Shown here one piece after another: positions 18,968-26,396 of a stretch of DNA of 26,396 nucleotides. The stretch is from NCBI GenBank assembly GCA_965263355.1, contig CBDHHL010000050.1, positions 1-26,396 on the forward strand. Reading direction: 5' to 3'. Under the pieces are notes generated by a model that was given only the letters and a program-made list of their open reading frames with translations, searched no databases and had not been told where the DNA came from. The position numbers were made by a program, and so were the translations under genes. The DNA comes from Leptolyngbyaceae cyanobacterium (GTDB lineage: Bacteria; Cyanobacteriota; Cyanobacteriia; Phormidesmidales; Phormidesmidaceae). The stretch's first letter is position 1; the number at the start of each line of letters is the position of its first letter.

Positions 18968-20725
18968 CTATTCCTCGGCTAGATTAAGTTCGTAAATATT
19001 CCATAACGCTCCCAGGGGAGAATACTTGACATTCTGAACTTTGTTACGGATGGCAGCCATGGAATACTGGTTGATCAGATATATAAAGGGCAGTTGCTCT
19101 TGGACGATGCGTTGGGCTTCGACGTAGATTTCACGCCGTTTAGCTTCATCTAGCTCCTGCGCTCCTTTGATATAAAGCTGGCCGATGTCCGCTTCCCAGT
19201 CAGCGACTTCACGTCCTTCGATGGGATCCTGACCTGGCAGTGGTTTTTGATTAAAGGCATGGAGGCCTCCGTCTGGATTCCAGACATTAGACCCGTTGTG
19301 GGGCTCTAGGCCACCGCCAAAGCTAATTAAGTGGCATTCCCAATCCAGGCTATCTCCCAGCTTCTCTACCAGGGAGCCCCAGCTAATGGGGGTAAAGTCA
19401 ACGGTAATTCCGATTTTCGTTAGATCCTGTTTAATTTGAGCGCCGATAGCTTCCCGTACTTTATTACCAGCATTGGTAATTAGGGTAAACCGTACCTGGT
19501 TCCCTTCAGCATCAAGTAGTTGACCCGCATTATCGTATTGAAAGCCGGCGGACAGCAATAAGTCTTTGGCAGTCTCTAGATTATAGTCATAGGCCTGGAT
19601 GCCATCTTCTTCAGGGCTGGCGGAATAGGGACTGAGGGGAAAGATGGATGAGTTTTGTAAGACACCCAGACCTTGATAGATGTTATTGAGCATCGTAGGG
19701 CGATCAATGGCGTGGGCAATGGCCTGGCGAAATTCTAGGCTATTAAACCAGCGAGATTTGATGGGATCCACCAGGGGTTTGCCATCGCGGGAGCCCTTGT
19801 TGAGGTTGAAGGATATAAATAGGCTGCTAGGGGCTGGTCCACCGTTGTAAATGCTGAAATTACCTCGTTCTTCTTCGCGCTTGAGCAAAGAAAAATTGTC
19901 GGGTTTGACGCTGGTTAAATCTAAACCGCCGGAGCGAAATTGGACAAATTCACTATCTTGGGATTCGACGACCTGCCACACGACTTCTTGCAGATAGGGT
20001 TGAGGCTGGCCCTGACCATCGGTTCGCCAGTAATAGGGATTGCGCTCAAAGATGACGCGTTCACCTGGGGTAAAGGCTTTGAGGATGTAAGGTCCATTAC
20101 AGATGATTTCCCTGGGAGGGGTGCTGGTGCTCCATGTGGATAGAAATAGGGGATTACCGTCAGAATCTGTTTGGGTCAGGGTGTCTGCCAGGGCATGCTT
20201 AGGCATGATGTTGACCCCAGTGTTACGTAGAAACGGGGCAAAGGGTTCTGGGACTTCAAATTTGACCTGACGTTGGTTGAGTTTGGTTATTTTGGGCAGA
20301 TTGCCTGCTTCTCCAATGCGAAGAATGTCACGGATTTGGGTAGGAATTTCCTCATTTAGATAAATATCGTTGTAAGTAAAAACGACATCGTCGGCGGTGA
20401 GGGGTTCGCCGTCGGACCATTTAAGATTTTCTCGGAGGGTATAGGTTAAGGTTAGGCCGTCGTCGGAAAATTCCCAGGATTCGGCTAGTTCTGGTTCGAT
20501 TTCGCCAGTTTCGTAGTTCTCAGAAATAAGTCCTTTATAGGTGAGACCGAAGATATTGGGACGCTCGCTGCTTAAGGCGTAGTTAAAGGTTTTTGGATCG
20601 CTCAGGATGCTATAGACCAATCGCGATGATTCGGCATCGCTAGTTTTGAAATTGTCTAGGGAGCAACTGGCTACGGCAACCACCATCACCAAGCTCATTA
20701 GCCAATAGGACCACCTGCGAAACAT
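18968..20725 (-). CDS. Peptide/nickel ABC transporter substrate-binding lipoprotein (family 5)
   Basis: Lipobox VASC, SDPKTFN, PELAESW, LKWSDGEPLTADDVVFT, NPYYW. Start uncertain (20725, 20737 or 20758). Confidence 0.93.
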   Translation of the reverse strand: MFRRWSYWLMSLVMVVAVASCSLDNFKTSDAESSRLVYSILSDPKTFNYALSSERPNIFGLTYKGLISENYETGEIEPELAESWEFSDDGLTLTYTLRENLKWSDGEPLTADDVVFTYNDIYLNEEIPTQIRDILRIGEAGNLPKITKLNQRQVKFEVPEPFAPFLRNTGVNIMPKHALADTLTQTDSDGNPLFLSTWSTSTPPREIICNGPYILKAFTPGERVIFERNPYYWRTDGQGQPQPYLQEVVWQVVESQDSEFVQFRSGGLDLTSVKPDNFSLLKREEERGNFSIYNGGPAPSSLFISFNLNKGSRDGKPLVDPIKSRWFNSLEFRQAIAHAIDRPTMLNNIYQGLGVLQNSSIFPLSPYSASPEEDGIQAYDYNLETAKDLLLSAGFQYDNAGQLLDAEGNQVRFTLITNAGNKVREAIGAQIKQDLTKIGITVDFTPISWGSLVEKLGDSLDWECHLISFGGGLEPHNGSNVWNPDGGLHAFNQKPLPGQDPIEGREVADWEADIGQLYIKGAQELDEAKRREIYVEAQRIVQEQLPFIYLINQYSMAAIRNKVQNVKYSPLGALWNIYELNLAEE

Positions 20726-20804
20726 ACGAAAGCCCATAGAACAAGAATAGCCAGACACAATTTCTAGCTATTCTAACGGTTTGGTTGACGACTAAACGTA
20801 CTCA

Positions 20805-20852
20805 GGGCATCCCTATGGATGCCCATTGCTCGGTGGGTTGTGCTCAGCCTAC
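20805..20852. repeat. Pair of REP-like hairpins
   Basis: GGGCATCC-CTAT-GGATGCCC (similar to the MITE core) and, on the minus strand, GTAGGCTG-AGCA-CAACCCAC. Confidence 0.6.
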
Positions 20853-20876
20853 GAGCGATTCATGGTCGTAAAGGAT

Positions 20877-22355
20877 TTAGCTTTTGGGATAGCGAATTAG
20901 CCAGGGGGATGGTTTGGGTTGTGGAACTTCATCACTAATCCGTTGACGAATGGTTTGAATGTCACGACCGGTTAGTCGGGCTAAATTTTGAGACTCCCGC
21001 TCAAAGCGAGCCATTAAGTTACGTAAGTACTCACGGCCTTGGTCTTGGGAATCCCTCACGATCTCGCGATAGTCCTGACCGGTCCAGTCTTCGAGTTGAC
21101 GACGGGCCTCAGCGCTGGGGTATTGTTCCCGCAGACGGGCTGGACAATCCAGGCTGCCGGTAAAGGCGTGGCGCGTGACATAACGCCCTTGGAAGAACTG
21201 ACGATTGGACGTGGTCTGGAACATCAGATCTTCAGGGAATTTATCGCGACTGTAGCGCACATGGAGGCGTGAGATAAAAATTGCGTTGGGCTGGGGGGGA
21301 ATGGACGGAATGACGCCTGGAGGAATAGGTCGGCGTTGTTGGGATGGTTGGTCCAGCCAATCAACCCCAGCGGCCTTTAGCTCATCTGGGCTCAAGACGG
21401 GGGCTGAGCAAGGATCGCAGCTGCGCATATCCCAGGCATATTCTAGAAAGGCGACATGCTTATTTTCTTGCTCATAACGCCGCTGAAACATTTCGGGATA
21501 GACTTCGCCAAAGTCATCCTGGACAAACAAGGGTAGGTCAATATCTGTGGGAATATTCACCGTGCGATAGTTGGTCAGTTCAATGCGTCCTTCGGGTGAT
21601 AGTAAGTAAACAATCAGGTCCTGGTCACCATCGGCATTAAGCATGCCGAGGCGAATCGGCAACATAAATTTGGGTGAGTCGTAGGTAATTTGCAGCGGCC
21701 TCAGCGATTGGTAGCCGCTGCTATCGAATTCTTCTAAATTGACCTTGGCAACAAAGAATTTCATGCCCTGACGAATGTAAGGCGCTAGTACCTGACTGGC
21801 ACCGTCGGGCAGTTGATATTGGTTTTGTCTAAGCCAGGTTTCTAACCCGTCTGACTCCCGAGCGCTGAGAATAAGAATGTCGTACTCTCCAACAGAAAAT
21901 TGTTCCTCAATGGTGACCCCAAGAGATTCGGAGGATGCGGGGGCAGGAGAAGCTTGGGCGCGATTACGGGCAAAGCTTAAGTCTTCTGCTGCTTCCAACC
22001 GATACATAACTTGGCAGGGATCACTGTCAAAATATTCCACCAGTCGCGGTGCGCTAAAGGCATCGAGACGGTCGAGAATAATTTTCTCGGCGACGTCTAC
22101 CTGGTCTTCGGTAATGATAGTGGGGACGGGGACGACGAGGGCAAAGTCGCTGACCTCTCCCTGGTAGTCGTTACCCATGGTGAGTACGGTGTGGTTGCCG
22201 TCACGGGCAATGGCGACTTGGGAGGCTTTGTTATAGAGATTGGTGTCAGCCTTGGCGACGTAAAAGCCGCAAAAGGCGTGGGCGGGTTGGGGATGGATGC
22301 TAAAGGTGGCAATGGCGATGATGACTAGCATTGCCATGCGTAACAGGTTAAACAT
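20877..22355 (-). CDS. DUF2330 family exported protein
   Basis: Signal peptide ending PAHA, mature start FCGFYVAKAD, FALVVPVP, GMKFFVAKV, EYAWD..CDPC, RLHVRY. Confidence 0.85.
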   Translation of the reverse strand: MFNLLRMAMLVIIAIATFSIHPQPAHAFCGFYVAKADTNLYNKASQVAIARDGNHTVLTMGNDYQGEVSDFALVVPVPTIITEDQVDVAEKIILDRLDAFSAPRLVEYFDSDPCQVMYRLEAAEDLSFARNRAQASPAPASSESLGVTIEEQFSVGEYDILILSARESDGLETWLRQNQYQLPDGASQVLAPYIRQGMKFFVAKVNLEEFDSSGYQSLRPLQITYDSPKFMLPIRLGMLNADGDQDLIVYLLSPEGRIELTNYRTVNIPTDIDLPLFVQDDFGEVYPEMFQRRYEQENKHVAFLEYAWDMRSCDPCSAPVLSPDELKAAGVDWLDQPSQQRRPIPPGVIPSIPPQPNAIFISRLHVRYSRDKFPEDLMFQTTSNRQFFQGRYVTRHAFTGSLDCPARLREQYPSAEARRQLEDWTGQDYREIVRDSQDQGREYLRNLMARFERESQNLARLTGRDIQTIRQRISDEVPQPKPSPWLIRYPKS

Positions 22356-22427
22356 ACAGGGGTCCTAACTGAAAAACAAAAGAAGAGAGAGCGTAATGTA
22401 GTGCGAAGCCAACATTCTCCCCTCCTG

Positions 22428-22508
22428 GGAGGGGCTCCGGGGTGGGTTGACCGTTGGTGCTAGTGGTCGAAACCCACCCCGCCTGACCGGCACCCCTCCC
22501 GAGAGGGG
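22428..22508. repeat. CCCCT/AGGGG double-hairpin repeat, compact form
   Basis: tcccctcctgggaggggctccggggtgggtt-spacer-aacccaccccgcctgaccggcacccctcccgagagggg. Confidence 0.85.
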
Positions 22509-22563
22509 GGTGAACTTAAATTGGTAGATTTTAGTTAAAAGAATTCTTGTGAGACATTTTGGG

Positions 22564-23562
22564 TTATCTCGCAGAAGATAGTTGGGTAGGTCTAAACTGT
22601 TTCCACTCAAAGCGAGGAGATTCCCATAGTTTGTCAAAGATAATTGTCAAGGGAGCTAACAGAAACAATGCCCAGAACACAGCTGTAGAGAGATAAAACT
22701 GATTGCGTAATACAAACGTCACCATGGCAATTGCTAATGCCCAGATTAATCTTGCTGGTCGGGCATTGGGAATTGATCTTGGGTCGGTCACCATAAATAG
22801 GGCAAACAACAATAGTGATCCACTGGTCATGCGGTGGGCCCATACGTCCCAGGTCCAGCCAAGGTATAGGTTACGTAATGCTTCTAGTAGGGCATAGCTG
22901 GCTAAAAACATGCCGGTGGTGTCCCAGCGTCCGACGCGCTTGAGCACCATGCCGCCTGCGCCGACGAAGATTAGGGCGTACCAGATCTCATCACCCCACT
23001 GACCGGGGGAGACCCAGGCGTCGTTGGTGAGGGTGAGGGCAGCGATGATGCCGAGGTTGGCGGGGTTGAAGAAGTGTTTGTTGTTAGTTTTGAAGATAAA
23101 TTTGCTGGCGATCGCAACCCCAACGGCAAAGGCCATAGTGACGATGTGGTCGGTTCGTAGCAAAAGGCTTAGGCCCAGGGCGGTGATCAGGGGACTACGC
23201 CAGTTGAATGTCCATGTGTTCTCTAATGTCCTCCCCTTTAGAAGGGGAGGTGCCGAAGGCGGAGGGGTTTCGGTAGTTTGAGCAAGATGTCGAGCCCCCT
23301 CCCTGACGGTTCCCCTGCTAAAGGGGAACCAGTTGGTTAACTTTTCGAGGTGAAGGGTTAGCTTTTTGTGAGAGCCCAGCCAGGAAAGCAGTCCTTGGGT
23401 CGTTAGGGCTGTGAGGATGGCCGTTGCAATGATGGCGGGCTGTAGGGACCAGTCACGCATGGCGACTCCTAAGCATAGAAATAATGTCAGGCAGAGGACT
23501 TGGTAGTCGCGGGCGTCGTTGAATAGGCAAAAACGTGGTGGTCGATTTTTAGAGGCATCCAT
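22564..23562 (-). CDS. Stand-alone RnfD/NqrB-family membrane protein with in-frame repeat insertion
   Basis: SPLITALGLSLLL, AIASKFIF..HFFNPANLG, FALFMVTDP; multiple hydrophobic segments. ATG at 23562 preferred. Confidence 0.8.
   Translation of the reverse strand: MDASKNRPPRFCLFNDARDYQVLCLTLFLCLGVAMRDWSLQPAIIATAILTALTTQGLLSWLGSHKKLTLHLEKLTNWFPFSRGTVREGARHLAQTTETPPPSAPPLLKGRTLENTWTFNWRSPLITALGLSLLLRTDHIVTMAFAVGVAIASKFIFKTNNKHFFNPANLGIIAALTLTNDAWVSPGQWGDEIWYALIFVGAGGMVLKRVGRWDTTGMFLASYALLEALRNLYLGWTWDVWAHRMTSGSLLLFALFMVTDPRSIPNARPARLIWALAIAMVTFVLRNQFYLSTAVFWALFLLAPLTIIFDKLWESPRFEWKQFRPTQLSSAR
23230..23330. repeat. CCCCT/AGGGG double-hairpin repeat inside a CDS
   Basis: cctcccctt-tag-aaggggagg and ggttcccct-gctaa-aggggaacc; homologous to 264-304. 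Confidence 0.88.
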
Positions 23563-23743
23563 AGGCTGCTTTCCATACAGGCAACTATGGCCGCTAGTAT
23601 GGCTGATGCAAAACCTGGATGTCCCCTGAGTTTCAAAAAACGAAACGAATTGAATTGCTGAACTGCCCCGTAATAGAGCATTTCTAAGATAAGACATGAC
23701 TTGGAAGTTTACGAGCAGAGAAAAATAACGTGTGCGAGCAGAG

Positions 23744-24193
23744 TTAGGTTGGCATCAGCAACTCCATAATGAGATCAACCGACTGCCCTTGCTTTGTGAG
23801 TTGACTAATCACCTGGACCACCGGTTCGAAGGCATCCCGAGATAAGGAGTATAGTCGCTGGCCGATGGGTTACTGATTGTCATCAGCAACTTCAAACCGC
23901 TCAGATTTTTGGCCACAACGGCTGGCCTGCTGAAGCGCAGACTGCGCTACACAACTTAAGCAGAAGTAGCGTTTGACCGCTCTCTCATTGCGCAGCTGAA
24001 CCTCTTCAAAGCCTGTCAGCTGTTTGGCAAACTCATAAAAGGTTTCTATCGGCCATCGAAAGGTCCAAGTAGAAAAGATACGACTGGCATCCCAATGGAG
24101 GGCATCGGTTAAGAGAAAACGAGGAGCATCACTGAGGTCTTCCGTTTCATAAACAAGTACCTTTTCACCACTGGCCAAACTCACACTGCCCAC
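23744..24193 (-). pseudogene. C-terminal fragment of a DDE transposase (IS701/IS4-like) with an internal stop
   Basis: FLLTD..RWPIETFYEFAKQLTGF..QLR resembles the Y-R-E-K region. TAA at 23870-23872, frame continues PIGQRLY...LMPT to a stop at 23744. N-terminal part absent. Confidence 0.82.
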
Positions 24194-24310
24194 TCTTAAT
24201 CAAGAGTACTAGATACGTTAGCCCATTTCTTAAGGCGGGAAACTTAGAAGCGATACATTGCCAACATAGGTGCTGTAATCGTTTTGCCGTTTTAGCAGGG
24301 GTTCAAAACT

Positions 24311-25480
24311 ATGGCTGAGATTGCCCTTAGAATGCTGAGCAACAGGTTTTCGATTCCTGCCCTGATCAGGACAATCAACGACGTTATCCAAAACGAACCC
24401 ACCAGCAGCATCCAGATACAGGCAAACTCTGGAGAGCACTGGTGGCTTGATTTTTATGAGGCCCAACTATTGTGGGCTGGTGGCGGCAGCCATCGCTTTC
24501 GTCGCTGGCAGCGATTATTGCGGCAAGTCTGTCCTGAGGTTCAACCCAGCCAAGTAAAACTTCGAGAACCTAATATATTTGAACACTGGGAATATTTCGC
24601 CCTATCGGTCCTGCTACAGCGGCAGCAGATAGATCAGGATATGATTTTCGATATTGTTCAGAAAACCCTTTTAGAGGTGCTCTTCGACATTTTTCACAGC
24701 ATCGAGAATCTAGACCAAATTATCCAAACTACTCACAACCTCTCACCCATTACGCAACCCATCAGCAATTCATCATTGTTTTACCAGGCAGGAGCCGATC
24801 TACAGTCATGGAAAACCACCAACCTGAACTATGCATCCCCGAATCTAGCCCCAGTAATTATTGATACAGTCCGTCTACAAAAATCTACTCAACCTCGTAC
24901 ATATCAAGTTTTACGACAGTTTTTGCAGGGCAAACATTCACTCCGGACACTAAGCCTGATAATGGAGCACGACATGATTGCCCTAGGACGCATGTTAGAA
25001 GGTTACATCGAAAGCGATACTGTCGCGCTTAATCCAATTGCTGATTTGTCCGCCCCCTACACAGACCAAGAAACAAAAGTCCCTTTTCAGGCTGTAAAAG
25101 ACCTACCACTTATATTTTGTATTGACGATAGCCCTAAAGTCAGCTATCTGATGGAAGAAACCCTAAGCACAGCTGGTTATCGCTGCATCAGCCTCCAAGA
25201 TTCCGTACAGGCTCTGGTGCAAATTATTCGCCATAAGCCGCAGATGATCTTCTTGAGTTCAAACATGCCCATTGCCAATGGCTTTGAGATTTGTAAACAA
25301 ATTCGTCGGGCGAAAGCCTTCTGCCGTACCCCCATTGTTATCTTGCTAGACAACGACAGCTTTATGGAACGGGCTCGGGCTAAATCTGCAGGGGCTACAA
25401 CTGCTATGGTTAAGCCTATCACTCCATCTAAAGTTATAGATATAGTAAAACGAGAACTAGCTGCTCTAAAAAAATCTTAG
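24311..25480 (+). CDS. PatA-family response regulator (PATAN-like domain + atypical receiver)
   Basis: WWLDFYEAQLLWAGGGSHRFRRW, EVLFDI, SPNLAP; C-terminal receiver CIDDS..FLSSNMP..KP. Confidence 0.88.
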   Translation: MAEIALRMLSNRFSIPALIRTINDVIQNEPTSSIQIQANSGEHWWLDFYEAQLLWAGGGSHRFRRWQRLLRQVCPEVQPSQVKLREPNIFEHWEYFALSVLLQRQQIDQDMIFDIVQKTLLEVLFDIFHSIENLDQIIQTTHNLSPITQPISNSSLFYQAGADLQSWKTTNLNYASPNLAPVIIDTVRLQKSTQPRTYQVLRQFLQGKHSLRTLSLIMEHDMIALGRMLEGYIESDTVALNPIADLSAPYTDQETKVPFQAVKDLPLIFCIDDSPKVSYLMEETLSTAGYRCISLQDSVQALVQIIRHKPQMIFLSSNMPIANGFEICKQIRRAKAFCRTPIVILLDNDSFMERARAKSAGATTAMVKPITPSKVIDIVKRELAALKKS

Positions 25481-25565
25481 CAGCGGTCACACATGGCTGG
25501 CTGGCATCACTAGCATAGAGATGTCTTTAGCATATCAATGCCCTTTGCCTTGTCATCAGAAATCC

Positions 25566-26396
25566 ATGGAAATCAAGCAGTTGATCACGGATGCGCTGCG
25601 ATTGCCGACAAATGCGATCGCATACCACATCAGCCAATCCCTAACTGAGCTATACCCAGACCGCGAAATGGTAGAAGGCGAGGAATGTGCCTTTGACCTG
25701 GAGGCCTATGCCCGAGACGGTCAGTGTGACATCACCCTCAAACAAGTATTTCATAACCATGTGCCCAGCTACTGGGACGGCCAATATCAGCGCACCTATC
25801 GGGAAGCCCAAAATGCCCGGTTTGAAGTCAGCTGGCAAGGCCATACATTAGATGTACTGCTTATGACCTGGAAAGAAGGGTGGAGCGGCACTAACTATTA
25901 TTGGATTCTGGCAGATACCTTTTCCCTGGCCGATAGTTTTTTTGCCGCCGTCTGCGACTGGAACTCTGAAATCCGCGACGAGTTGCTAGTGTTTCAGGAT
26001 GGTTACTGGTCTAAAAATGCCAATCTCTTTAAGGAGATTCAGTCAGCCACTTTTGACAACTTAGTACTCAGCGGCAGTCTCAAAGAAGATATTAAAACAG
26101 ACCTACAAGACTTTTTTGCAGCTCGTGACACCTACGGTGAATATGGCGTTCCCTGGAAGCGTGGGGTGCTCTTAATTGGCCCTCCCGGCAACGGCAAAAC
26201 CCATACAGTCAAAGCGTTAGTCAACCTGCTGGAACATCCCTGTCTCTACGTAAAAAGCTTTAAAGCTCAGCAGGGTCCAGCCAGTACTAATATTAAACAA
26301 GTCTTTCAACGGGCCAGACAGGCCGCCCCCTGTTTACTTATTTTGGAAGATTTAGATTCCCTGGTAGATGATGAGAATCGCTCGTTCTTCTTAAAT
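25566..26396 (+). CDS. AAA+ ATPase, 3' partial; absent from the supplied ORF track
   Basis: Open from ATG 25566 (MEIKQLITDALR) to the window end; GVPWKRGVLLIGPPGNGKT Walker A and CLLILEDLD Walker B. Confidence 0.92.
   Translation, partial: MEIKQLITDALRLPTNAIAYHISQSLTELYPDREMVEGEECAFDLEAYARDGQCDITLKQVFHNHVPSYWDGQYQRTYREAQNARFEVSWQGHTLDVLLMTWKEGWSGTNYYWILADTFSLADSFFAAVCDWNSEIRDELLVFQDGYWSKNANLFKEIQSATFDNLVLSGSLKEDIKTDLQDFFAARDTYGEYGVPWKRGVLLIGPPGNGKTHTVKALVNLLEHPCLYVKSFKAQQGPASTNIKQVFQRARQAAPCLLILEDLDSLVDDENRSFFLN

Larger units (their letters stand above)
493..25621. repeat. Dispersed HIP1 octamers GCGATCGC
   Basis: Examples at 493, 1399, 5408, 10370, 12653, 15688, 23108 and 25614. Confidence 0.9.

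Noticed and set aside
21039..22328. Several overlapping short ORFs within DUF2330
   Set aside because: Shadow or alternate frames of a GC-rich gene without recognisable motifs.
22365..22637. 90-aa ORF between the RnfD-like and DUF2330 genes
   Set aside because: Overlaps the upstream gene end and is partly translated repeat; no protein-like features.
23563..23697. 45-aa N-terminal extension of the RnfD-like ORF
   Set aside because: Starts at the probable IS end and does not look family-like; the downstream ATG is more plausible.

Overview
Core-genome region of a cyanobacterium, judged from frequent HIP1 GCGATCGC sites, a heptamer tandem repeat and sufR/ftrC/sufBCDS; a Leptolyngbya-like lineage is an inference. 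Genes in order: truncated Uma2 endonuclease, old-yellow-enzyme reductase, DUF2993/LmeA-like protein, proS, a divergent GAF histidine kinase and RpaB-like regulator, ybaK coupled to a GAF-PAS-GGDEF cyclase, the suf cluster (sufC split by a 1-nt deficit, two SufR boxes), small hypotheticals, a DnaJ-pentapeptide protein, a peptide ABC binding protein, a DUF2330 + stand-alone RnfD/NqrB-like pair, an IS relic, a PatA-like pseudo-receiver and a partial AAA+ ATPase. The most notable signals are small palindromic repeats: four copies of a ~70-bp bulged hairpin, two copies of a ~110-bp MITE-like element, and four CCCCT/AGGGG double hairpins (some nested, one truncating Uma2, one in-frame in the RnfD-like gene). 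The RnfD-like/DUF2330 pair is a candidate uncharacterised envelope redox system. All calls come from reading motifs by eye; no searches were run.
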